Shown here piece after piece: positions 8,246 through 16,349 of a stretch of 37,050 nucleotides of DNA. Made by a program: the position numbers and the translations under genes. Origin of the DNA: a virus (taxonomy: Duplodnaviria > Caudoviricetes); IMG/VR virus record IMGVR_UViG_3300024251_000148, positions 1 to 37,050 of that record, one strand, 5' to 3'. Every line of letters starts with the position of its first letter. Positions within the stretch are counted from its first letter, which is position 1. The notes under the pieces are model-generated. The model saw only the letters and a program-made list of their open reading frames with translations. It was not told the origin of the DNA and searched no databases.

Positions 8246-10081
8246 TGGGCGGGGCTCCTATCGCTGCTGCTCTGGCTTTCTTCAGTGGGTCCGGTATCAG
8301 TCGATCCACGTCATCGTGGTCGAATGCTTTAGAATCCCTTTCATTAGGTAGTTGGAGGCGTCGATAATCTGTAGGCTATATTCTTTTACCTGAGGAGGAA
8401 TCGCGCCCTGATTGAGTTGCATAAGCAACTGAGAGATCATCGAATAGTGCTTCGCAACGATCTGCGATAGCATAATATCATTTTGCTTCTCTACTTCTTT
8501 GTTTACCGAGGCGGAGGAGGCATACACAGGAATCCCCATCTTCCTCTCTACCAACATCCTCAGAGCTTTCTTAATAATCTCCCCTCGTTCTCCGAACAAT
8601 TTGTAGCGCTCCGTACAGAACGTACTCCCTGCTCCGAGTTCATGATATTGCCGGGTAACGATTCTACCCAGTCGAACATGCGCATCTCGGATGTCTGAGA
8701 GAGTAAGGTCACTTCTTCTATTTCCCTCTTGCAGAAGAGAGAGTGTGCCCATTGCTGAGTACACGCCACGCTTACCTGACATGGTGCCGGCCCCGAAACC
8801 TTGCTGGGGTGGAGATACTCCAGATCGACGCTCGGCAAGTTCAAGAGTGAGTCTTTCCTCATCCATATTAGTCGAGCTAATCTCCCCATGAGCCATAGGC
8901 TCAATCTCGCCTTCTTCAGCAGGGAGCATTGCTGATGGATAGATACGATAACCTTGATGCAGCTTGCTTTCTGGGGAGACTCTCCAAACTCTGGTATTGG
9001 CGACTGTTTGGTTGTCGTTCCTTCCATTATGTTTTTCACTGGCTTCCTCCTGGAAATACCAGAGAATCTCCGCAAAGCCCATGCCGTGATACATGTCATC
9101 TTTTCGGCCGAGCCGCGCACCGACATACCATTCGTCCTTGAAATTATCGTATAGGACCCGAAGGATCTTTCTCGATTTCTTGTGGTAAGATACCACCATC
9201 TTCGGCGCAAACGCATCGTCCTCATAGCGCCACTGAACCATACACTCAAATACATCCCACTCTGGTTGGGCGACATTCCCAGGAGTGACGCCGGCATCTT
9301 GCTGTGTCTGCTTTTGAGTCTCCCGAGGAGAAGTCCTATCCGGCATCCCAAGAACGGCGTCCACCGCCTCTTTGTCATAGACTCCGGAATAACGACGCTC
9401 AAGAAGCTGCCATCGTAGCATCGGCTTCCGATGGTACTTAATATCCGCGTCCTCTAGGGACTTAGCCGAGGCGGGGATACCGAAGGTGTCAAAGGGTAGT
9501 TTCTCAGGCCGCGGTCCTTCGTATATCGTTTCCTCTACGAAGTCTTTCTTATTCGCCTCATACGGTTTGAGGGCATCCCCGAGGCTAGTCGGCAACAACA
9601 TGGAGCGTAGCTTCTTCTCCCAGGGACACTTAATCGTAGAGGTCCCGTATTTAATGCACTCCAGGAAGTATTCGTTGTAGACTCGATACAGGTCCAGCTC
9701 CTGTGGCTCAATCCCAACATACTTCAGATACTCCTGAAGAGCCTCCTTGAGATCCCCAACCTCCTCCTCCGTACCCCACTTTCCATATATACTCGTTTGA
9801 AACAACGGATCCGTCTTGAAGATCCCCGACATAATCCTGGCGTGCAAGGTATCAGCGTGTATCGCTATGATAGGAATAACTAGGTTGCTCGCGTTTTGAA
9901 ACGGGAACATTCTAGTTTCCTCACGCGGAGTCGCATCATACCCTGCACGCCACTTGGGATACTTATTATGCCACAAGTCACTACTCCCGGACTCGATAGC
10001 CTGTATCCTACTATCAAGGTGACGAGCCAGCGCCTCCTCCTTATACGGAGGCAGCTTCGCGACTTGTAGTATATTCGACAT
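8127..10081 (-). CDS. Portal protein, split by a -1 frame change near 8330
   Basis: The 594 aa ORF follows terL and has portal-like features (FPFQNASNLVIPII, GMGFAEIL). The P/Q-rich tail DRLIPDP...GGGGGPIQ is in the -1 frame. Joined product is about 651 aa. Confidence 0.85.
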
Positions 10082-10082
10082 C

Positions 10083-10442
10083 TTACTCGAAGGCGTTTAG
10101 AAAGTCCGCGAGCCCGCTTGTAATAGCTGCGGCAGCACTAGCTGCGAGAGTGGGGTTCTTAATCTTCGGAGAGCCGGGGAGGTTATTCTCCACATACGTA
10201 GTCAAGAGAGCCTGCACTCCCGGAGCTACCGCTGCCAGCTTCGCTGAGCCCGATTTCGCCCCTTCCGCGGCCTTGATAAGAGCCTCCCCCTGCACGACTA
10301 GGTTTGGAAGGGCATTCAAATCCCCAACCACCCTCGTTACAGTTGTATTCCCCGGTGTAGCCTGGATAGCAAGCTGGCCAAGGCCGAGGAGGATAGGAAG
10401 GTACTTCAGAGCATCCAGACCAATTTTCTTAAGCCACGTCAT
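10083..10442 (-). CDS. Membrane-associated protein, possibly holin-like
   Basis: Start MTWLKKIG via a TAATG overlap after GGAGG. Amphipathic/hydrophobic N-terminus; the GAKSGSAKLAAV motif is reminiscent of LLH-type holins. Confidence 0.5.
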   Translation of the reverse strand: MTWLKKIGLDALKYLPILLGLGQLAIQATPGNTTVTRVVGDLNALPNLVVQGEALIKAAEGAKSGSAKLAAVAPGVQALLTTYVENNLPGSPKIKNPTLAASAAAAITSGLADFLNAFE

Positions 10443-10615
10443 TAAAACCTCCAATGATAAGGTGAACCACCGATAACGCCAAAGAGCATCAACAAGATGA
10501 TAACCAAGACAACCGTACCGAGTCCCCAACCATACCCTCGATACGCTCCATCGTTATAATAGCTACCACCACCCACGCCGAAGAGCAAGAGCAAAACAAG
10601 TATCAATAGCAACAT
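10442..10615 (-). CDS. Small two-TM membrane protein (DUF3309-like)
   Basis: Not in the ORF track. MLLLILVLLLLFGVGGGSYYNDGAYRGYGWGLGTVVLVIILLMLFGVIGGSPYHWRF exactly fills the gap between its neighbours. Confidence 0.75.
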   Translation of the reverse strand: MLLLILVLLLLFGVGGGSYYNDGAYRGYGWGLGTVVLVIILLMLFGVIGGSPYHWRF

Positions 10616-10618
10616 ATC

Positions 10619-10918
10619 CTACGCTCCCTTCTTTCCCGAGGAATCGACCTCCACCACCGCCTTCTCCACCCCGTGCTGAGCATTAATTGTATTCACCGCC
10701 GAGGCGAAGTTGGGACTCGATTCGATCCTCGTACTCTGGGCCCGACTGATATTCGCTGCCAACACATTGAAGAAAGAGAACCAAAACCGATATAGGGTGC
10801 TTGACGCCGCGGTCGGGGCCGGAAGGGCACTAATAAACGCCGACCATACATACCCTGCTCCGAGCGTACAAAGCACCTGATGATCTGTAAAAAACTGTGT
10901 GACAGTCTCCACTTGCAT
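10619..10918 (-). CDS. Putative holin-like membrane protein
   Basis: Two hydrophobic segments, a SALPAP...LYRFWFSFFNVLAANI pattern and a charged C-terminus. Confidence 0.55.
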   Translation of the reverse strand: MQVETVTQFFTDHQVLCTLGAGYVWSAFISALPAPTAASSTLYRFWFSFFNVLAANISRAQSTRIESSPNFASAVNTINAQHGVEKAVVEVDSSGKKGA

Positions 10919-10921
10919 CTC

Positions 10922-12544
10922 CTAGTGTATGGGTGTGGAATAGGGCTGTCCCACCAATGCTGCCCCCCTTTGATTTTCTTGCAACATCTTCATATTCATC
11001 TCATACGAATATGGAAGCTTAATCATCTGTGGAGTATATGCGAGTGCGTCCAGGATGTCGACGTACCGACCCCTGGGAAACGTAGTGTATTCTCCAAGGA
11101 AGTCTTGGTGCCGTCGTTGTATGAAGAACTTACCTGATTCGAATATCGGAGCAAGTACGTTACGGATTCGCCATTCTTTCTTTCTTGTAAGTTCCCCATC
11201 CGGTCCCTCCACTTCTCCCTTTAGATCGACTATCTTTAGGCTACGACCTTCCAAGCGATTCATTACGTCGATGTGGTATGCGAGGTATTTTTGACTTGCG
11301 ACTGTCTCGAGCCCAAATTTGCGGAGCTTCCACTGCGCCGCCCTCGCGTAGATTTCCTTGATATACGCATCATAACCGATACCTTGCGCCCAAGAATCGA
11401 GAAGGTAATAGTAGCCGTCCGCCGATTGGCCAACGACCACAATGCTGTGACGGCAACGGCCCAGACCGCTGTTACCGCTATGATTAGGATCGCTTGCCAT
11501 AACGATATTAAGATTTGCGACACGGGAATCAGGGCGAACAACTCCATTCTGCACCTCGTGCTTTATAAAGAGCCGTCCCTGCGGATCCTTATCTAGCGAG
11601 AAGAAGCCAAGCCACTCTTGCTTGAAGTCTGCGTTCTCAGGGGCAGCGGGGTTGTTGAGGAACTGACAGGAGAAATGGTAGTTACCGAGGCGCTCTTTGA
11701 GCCGTAGGAGTTTGTTAAAGTCAAATTCTTCGGGGAAGATAGGTGTATCTGGCGGGTGGAGATTACAGCACCCACCAAGAGCAGAGTGATTAACGATATT
11801 AAACCAAACCTCATTCTCTCGTATATGAGCATCCAGGTCAGTATAAGACCACCGATTCCCAACAATAAACTCATCGTTCTCGTGTGTCGCGTCATCGGGA
11901 TTTTCAAACACTCCTACTAGTAGTTTGTGATAATCGATGGTTTTTTCCATCAATGATACTGATTCTAGAGCCTTTTTACCAACCAAGTCGTCCTGAATAC
12001 AAAGGCCGTCATAGTGACGAGATTGAAGGGCACCCCCTACACCGATAAAATCGAACGTGCCCTCTCCGTGCGCGTCGGAGCCACGGGAGCGCTTGTGGTG
12101 AAGAGAATACGAGGTCCATGTCTCAGAGGTACCAGGGAGGATCTCAGGAAAGTGCGTACGGAAGATGGCGTTTGAGGTGTAATGACCGGAGATGCGCGAA
12201 CCAAGTTTAGATGCATTGGTTATGTTCTCGGTGACAAGGAGGTTGCGGGAATCACGACGGTGGGCTGCCCGCATGTATCGAATAAACTCATCCCCATAAC
12301 CGAGTTTGCGAAATCCGTCCTCGTCTTGGGAGTTGAAGGGGAGGACACGCCACATTGGGAATCCTTCGGAGCAGATAGTGCTTTTGAAGTGATCTCGGGG
12401 CAGCTCATACACATCTTTGATATGCTCCCTCTCGAGAGACCTACACCAGGGAAGGTGCAGCTTCTCTGTCAGGCGTTTGCGATTAAGTATCGTAGAGATA
12501 AAATAGTAGAGGCTCCCAAGCGCATTCAAGCGCGAGAGCCTCAT
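10922..12544 (-). CDS. terL: Terminase large subunit
   Basis: Walker A variant PRDHFKST, Walker B IQDDLV, GNRW, nuclease motifs ASDP and ETVASQ, and FPRGRYVDILDAL. The frame is open upstream to a possible ATA start at 12601. Confidence 0.92.
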   Translation of the reverse strand: MRLSRLNALGSLYYFISTILNRKRLTEKLHLPWCRSLEREHIKDVYELPRDHFKSTICSEGFPMWRVLPFNSQDEDGFRKLGYGDEFIRYMRAAHRRDSRNLLVTENITNASKLGSRISGHYTSNAIFRTHFPEILPGTSETWTSYSLHHKRSRGSDAHGEGTFDFIGVGGALQSRHYDGLCIQDDLVGKKALESVSLMEKTIDYHKLLVGVFENPDDATHENDEFIVGNRWSYTDLDAHIRENEVWFNIVNHSALGGCCNLHPPDTPIFPEEFDFNKLLRLKERLGNYHFSCQFLNNPAAPENADFKQEWLGFFSLDKDPQGRLFIKHEVQNGVVRPDSRVANLNIVMASDPNHSGNSGLGRCRHSIVVVGQSADGYYYLLDSWAQGIGYDAYIKEIYARAAQWKLRKFGLETVASQKYLAYHIDVMNRLEGRSLKIVDLKGEVEGPDGELTRKKEWRIRNVLAPIFESGKFFIQRRHQDFLGEYTTFPRGRYVDILDALAYTPQMIKLPYSYEMNMKMLQENQRGAALVGQPYSTPIH

Positions 12545-12600
12545 CTTCTCCGCCGAGGGGAGGGCCGGGTCGATACTGACGACTTGGAACCTTTGGCTTA

Positions 12601-12720
12601 TTACCGATCCTTCTTACGCTTCTCTGGAATCGACTTGGACGCCTTTGATTGCGTTAGCGGCCAGTTTCTCTTCGATTTCTTCTTCTTTCCTTTGGGATGC
12701 TCCTCGTGTTCGTCCTTCAT
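12601..12720 (-). CDS. Small basic protein (39 aa)
   Basis: Not in the ORF track. MKDEHEEHPKGKKKKSKRNWPLTQSKASKSIPEKRKKDR, with a TAATG overlap to the upstream gene. Confidence 0.6.
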   Translation of the reverse strand: MKDEHEEHPKGKKKKSKRNWPLTQSKASKSIPEKRKKDR

Positions 12721-13028
12721 TATACCTTCCCCTTATCCCCGATAGGGGCCGCAGGTGCAGTCACGGTAGGTGTATTCACAGGTTTGGGGCCTGTAGTTAC
12801 GGGAGGCTTCGGATCCACTGGCGCCACTACGGGAGGCTTTGTTACGGGAGTGTTTGCTGCCTGTTTGCCAAGCTGAGGAGTCTGTGTCGAGGCTCGCAGC
12901 GCAGCTATAGCTGCCTCAATCTCCGAGACTGGGTGGTGATCACACGCGACGTGCTCGCCGCTAGTCTTCTCCCACTTATCCCGAGTCGAGCCCATACCGC
13001 AGACTACGCAAGATTTCTCAACGGCCAT
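12720..13028 (-). CDS. Hypothetical protein, Zn-binding N-terminus and Pro-rich tail
   Basis: CVVC...CDHH; P/T/V-rich C-terminus; lies between terS and terL. Confidence 0.7.
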   Translation of the reverse strand: MAVEKSCVVCGMGSTRDKWEKTSGEHVACDHHPVSEIEAAIAALRASTQTPQLGKQAANTPVTKPPVVAPVDPKPPVTTGPKPVNTPTVTAPAAPIGDKGKV

Positions 13029-13030
13029 GT

Positions 13031-13516
13031 TTAATTCACCTTTTCCTTTTCAGCGGTTGCGGCGGTGTAAGATGCCGCGACGCTATTCGCCTTATTTACC
13101 ACTGAGTCTAGTACATTGACTGGGAGCTCTTCCGTCGGCTTCGCATCCTCGTCTACTCGGAGTGTTTTATCCGGATCCCGATCGAGGATCTCCTTCGCTG
13201 CTGTAAGACAGGCTTTAAGATCGCGTCGTTGATTCACGGCGTCTATCAATCCCCTGACGGCGCATGGTACAGCGCGTCGTAGTTCGTTCTTAAGTAAGTG
13301 CGCGCGGCCAGCCATGCTCTCATCTAGCTTAGTAATCTGACCTGTGAAGACCGCTTGCTCCTCATCTTTGTATTCTTGCGTGAGCATGAGTTGAGCTAGG
13401 GATTGATACGACATCCCCATCAGGTCCGCGATCTTCCTGTCAGAGATGCCACACACTCGGTACCGAGCTATCTGAGGAATGCGTATATTCGTCTTTGCGT
13501 AGTTTCGGCTTGGCAT
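13031..13516 (-). CDS. terS: Putative terminase small subunit
   Basis: HTH-like DRKIADLMGMSYQSLAQL and AAKEILDRDP. First gene of the late arm; ATG at 13516. Confidence 0.65.
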   Translation of the reverse strand: MPSRNYAKTNIRIPQIARYRVCGISDRKIADLMGMSYQSLAQLMLTQEYKDEEQAVFTGQITKLDESMAGRAHLLKNELRRAVPCAVRGLIDAVNQRRDLKACLTAAKEILDRDPDKTLRVDEDAKPTEELPVNVLDSVVNKANSVAASYTAATAEKEKVN

Positions 13517-13523
13517 GGTCGCT

Positions 13524-13552
13524 AGCTTGCGCCTACGGCGGGGCGTTGTCAA
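13524..13552 (-). promoter_or_regulatory. Sigma70-type leftward promoter giving a leaderless terS transcript
   Basis: TTGACA-17 nt-CAAGCT, with the ATG 7 nt after the -10 and no SD sequence. Confidence 0.6.
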
Positions 13553-13859
13553 GATAAATAATTGAGCTCGTATCTTCTTTCCTACCAACAAGATACAATA
13601 AATAATTACCGATTCCCACTAAACCAAGGCTCGCACGGCGCTGCAAATAAAACCACTAACTCTGTTAGCGGTAATGTCACAGCGACTTACTTGCGAAGCA
13701 CAGATAGGTCTGTGATACCGATCAAGTCTATGGAAACTGGAAAATTTTTCGCGGTGGTTATACATACTCATACTCGACTTCATATTTTGAGGCCGGGTGG
13801 GTTCGGCTATCTCGTTTGTTTTGTTGCGGTGAATGCGTGCTACACTATATATGTAAGTT

Positions 13860-13976
13860 GGGTACGATAAGTAAACGGTACCCTAGCTGGTAGGTCGGTG
13901 TAGGTGGCGGGTGTGGTACAAGCTCCGCCCAGCGGGTTGTATACCCTTTGGCGCCGATGTCAGTAAGGCAATAGCC
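13860..13976 (+). ncRNA. Candidate structured 5' leader RNA of the early arm
   Basis: GGGUAC/GUACCC hairpin, then a GU-rich stem (13886-13904 with 13946-13964) capped by GGCGG/CCGCC and GGGU/ACCC hairpins. An extended -10-like TGcTACACT lies upstream near 13838-13846. Confidence 0.35.
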
Positions 13977-13977
13977 A

Positions 13978-14196
13978 TAGTTAGTGTCATAGTGGAGGTG
14001 TCGCTATGACAACTAAATACAACGTAGTGTTGGTGAATAACGACGGGCGTCGTGTAGTTGAGACAACGGTCGTTGGTTTGGGGAAGGATGACAAACTTGC
14101 GCGCGCTGATGCAATGAGGCAAGCGCGAAGCTTCCTGCGAAACCTACACTATAAACTAGAAGCGCGCAGCTGACACCTGCGCTATGACACTAACTA
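13978..14196. repeat. 25-bp inverted repeat enclosing a small gene
   Basis: tagttagtgtcatagtggaggtgtc (13978-14002) matches the reverse complement of 14172-14196 at 23/25 positions. Confidence 0.9.
14006..14173 (+). CDS. Small hypothetical protein (55 aa)
   Basis: Not in the ORF track. GGAGG RBS; MTTKYNVVLVNNDGRRVVETTVVGLGKDDKLARADAMRQARSFLRNLHYKLEARS. Confidence 0.75.
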   Translation: MTTKYNVVLVNNDGRRVVETTVVGLGKDDKLARADAMRQARSFLRNLHYKLEARS

Positions 14197-14254
14197 GTTC
14201 TTATCCCTACTCTGCGTCTCTCTATCTTTTAATCAAATCTCTATAGGAGGAGAT

Positions 14255-14605
14255 ATGAGCGACGTGGAAACGAAAGATGTAGTCAAGGATGATCTCGTTG
14301 TGAGGGAATATACCGAGGACGAGCTTACAAGAACGTTTACCATCAGCGTAGAAGCATACAAAATACTGATGGAAGTCGTGGACGAAGCAGATTCTCGCGG
14401 CCTGAATAGCAGCGCTCAGTTCTGGTTGGAGCGACTCACACGCCAACACGCGAAGGTAACGATGGGACTATGGAAAAAAGCGGACGACGTCTCTATTTTT
14501 ACTCAAGCGCAACGTGGAAGCAAATCCGCGCAAGTTGCTTTGCTTGCGTCGTTGGGAATCAAAGGCGAAGATGCAAAAGAGTTGTTGAAAAAGATCGGGA
14601 AGTAA
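14255..14605 (+). CDS. Hypothetical protein, possible ribbon-helix-helix regulator
   Basis: AGGAGG RBS; RTFTISVEAYKILMEVV is a strand-then-helix pattern. Confidence 0.65.
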   Translation: MSDVETKDVVKDDLVVREYTEDELTRTFTISVEAYKILMEVVDEADSRGLNSSAQFWLERLTRQHAKVTMGLWKKADDVSIFTQAQRGSKSAQVALLASLGIKGEDAKELLKKIGK

Positions 14606-14680
14606 GTATACTTTTGGGAAACAAAGGGAGACGCAGAATAGGGATAAGGACACTAACAGTGTGTGGAGCATAAAAGGAAT

Positions 14681-14860
14681 AAACCTTTTAGAATCAATAC
14701 GAACTGTGTGTGGAGAATCAACACCCACACAGGGGGGTATGGCTTTTGAATAAAAGGTTTTTTTTATTTTTTTTTCTGACTCCAAACTCCTGAATTGCGA
14801 ATTTAGGCTCGCTGAAATATGCCATGCCCCGGTGTGTGGGTGTTGTTACTGCACACACGG
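14681..14860. repeat. 40-bp imperfect inverted repeats around a T-tract; candidate origin or terminator region
   Basis: 14704-14743 matches the reverse complement of 14821-14860 at 33/40. T-run at 14758-14775. A second perfect 10-bp IR pairs 14681-14690 with 14751-14760. Confidence 0.7.
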
Positions 14861-14902
14861 GTGTTTGTTGCAAACAAAGCACTTAGCACCTAGTACTGGG
14901 TC

Positions 14903-14932
14903 TTGCATAGCCGTGTGCTAGTAAGCTAAAAT
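14903..14932 (+). promoter_or_regulatory. Sigma70-type rightward promoter
   Basis: TTGCAT-18 nt-TAAAAT upstream of the 14967 gene. Confidence 0.5.
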
Positions 14933-14966
14933 GCCCTAGTGGCATTCCCAGTCACTAGGAGGCACC

Positions 14967-15602
14967 ATGTCGTTAACGAAGATGTACCGAGGCAAGCCGG
15001 GAGATGAGTGTCAGTGTGGACGACGCAAGTCTATTAGGCATTGTCCCGCTTTGAGATGTGGCTCGTTTAAGATATATGCACCGAGGCCGGAGATTATAGG
15101 CGATAAGGCGGTGCAACGATTTAAGTGTATTCGTTGTGGACATCGCTTTACGGATGCGGAAACGGAGTTTTGTCTCGCACCGTTTGTGGAGACGAATTCA
15201 CACGCTGCGCAACGTCAATTAAAGATAATGAACGCCGCGATCGCTGACGGCCATCCGTTGACAGATAAGGAAACACTTATCAAGCGGGGAGTTGACAGCA
15301 TATTGAAAAACAATCCTGAGCTTGATGGGGCTGAAATCACTCTCACAGCGGATGAGGATCGTGCTGCTCGTCTTGATTGGGCGAATCGAAAGATTGAAGG
15401 TAGATATCATACAGAGACGAAAGAAGAATGGCTGGATAAAACACTCGCAGATAAGCGAAGAATGTATGAAGCTGCGAAACAGCCTCAAAGAGTTTTGAAG
15501 AATGAGAATGATATTTATCTGTCGTCTTATTTTGAGGAGGAGACAGGTACAGTAGAGGAGGAAACAAATGCAACAAATAAACCGCCTAAGGCAGAGTCGT
15601 AG
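14967..15602 (+). CDS. Zn-ribbon hypothetical protein
   Basis: AGGAGG RBS; CPALRCGS...RFKCIRCGHRFT. Confidence 0.75.
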   Translation: MSLTKMYRGKPGDECQCGRRKSIRHCPALRCGSFKIYAPRPEIIGDKAVQRFKCIRCGHRFTDAETEFCLAPFVETNSHAAQRQLKIMNAAIADGHPLTDKETLIKRGVDSILKNNPELDGAEITLTADEDRAARLDWANRKIEGRYHTETKEEWLDKTLADKRRMYEAAKQPQRVLKNENDIYLSSYFEEETGTVEEETNATNKPPKAES

Positions 15603-15903
15603 TCGCTTGCTATTCAACGACGCGATCTCTACCATCAAACAGGAACATCGCGAACAAGTTCAGCGTGTAAAGGAGCTTACGAATGAAGACATTGTTGTTC
15701 AACCTCGCTTTGTTACTCAGTCTCTTTTTGATCGCTATGTTGCTTACGTCCGGGAACATACTACTGAGCTTAGTTGTCACCATCATAAGTTTTATTGGCA
15801 TCTTTGCATGGGCTGTATGCGTGGTCGCAAGCAGGCCGATGCCTACCTTCGGTACTACCAAGAGAGGATCCAAAAAGTCTTAGCGACGATGGAGGTTAAA
15901 TGA
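15568..15903 (+). CDS. Hypothetical protein with Cys/His cluster
   Basis: GAGGAGG RBS; SCHHH...CMGC; ATGA overlap with the next gene. Confidence 0.7.
   Translation: MQQINRLRQSRSRLLFNDAISTIKQEHREQVQRVKELTNEDIVVQPRFVTQSLFDRYVAYVREHTTELSCHHHKFYWHLCMGCMRGRKQADAYLRYYQERIQKVLATMEVK
15683..15883 (+). CDS. Nested two-TM membrane protein in an alternative frame
   Basis: Has its own AAGGAG RBS 7 nt before the ATG, two clean hydrophobic helices and a basic tail. Confidence 0.45.
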   Translation: MKTLLFNLALLLSLFLIAMLLTSGNILLSLVVTIISFIGIFAWAVCVVASRPMPTFGTTKRGSKKS

Positions 15904-16115
15904 ACACTGAGTTAATCGAAGAGAGGAAATATCATCAGAATTCGGATGCGGATTGCCTTCTCAATGTGGCGATGGTCCTGAGAAATATCGCACACAAGCT
16001 AGAGACGAATGAGAAGCTAGCGAAGGAGTTGTGGCCTACAACGAGGACGTGGTTCAAAATCGAAGCGGATCGCTTGCTTGAGATTAAGGATAGGTGGGTT
16101 GAGAGTCGGGAGTAA
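15900..16115 (+). CDS. Hypothetical protein
   Basis: GGAGG RBS and ATGA coupling. Confidence 0.75.
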   Translation: MNTELIEERKYHQNSDADCLLNVAMVLRNIAHKLETNEKLAKELWPTTRTWFKIEADRLLEIKDRWVESRE

Positions 16116-16205
16116 GTAACCTCCCGTGTGTATTCTCGGTATAGTAGCCAAAAGAGAAGATTGAGTCTGCTCTGCTATGGTGAGAATACACACTGGAGGT
16201 TATTT
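16114..16205. repeat. 24-bp inverted repeat; long hairpin sequestering an RBS
   Basis: 16114-16137 pairs with 16182-16205 (one mismatch, one G-U). The 3' arm contains the GGAGG of the 16209 gene. Confidence 0.85.
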
Positions 16206-16208
16206 GGT

Positions 16209-16349
16209 ATGCTCTTTGTCTTTAATGATGTAAATATCCTCTGCTTCGCATTCTATATTCGAATGGGTTGGTTTCTCGCTTCGCTATTGAGGCAACACTA
16301 TTTGCTAGTCTTAGAAGGCAAGGATGATGTACAGGAGATAGAGTTATGA
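16209..16349 (+). CDS. Small hydrophobic hypothetical protein
   Basis: ATG 9 nt after GGAGG; ATGA overlap with the next gene. Confidence 0.5.
   Translation: MLFVFNDVNILCFAFYIRMGWFLASLLRQHYLLVLEGKDDVQEIEL

Noticed and set aside
8560-9402. 280-aa alternative-frame ORF inside the portal gene, and similar long shadow ORFs (2250-2963, 27521-28105)
   Set aside because: No RBS or recognisable motifs; composition is typical of off-frame or antisense reading of real genes.
13562-13870. ORF in the divergent control region
   Set aside because: TTG start without an RBS, overlapping promoter-like sequence; more likely non-coding.
13978-14196. IS or MITE call for the inverted-repeat cassette
   Set aside because: No transposase, no second copy and no clear target-site duplication. 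Kept as an RNA-level finding instead.
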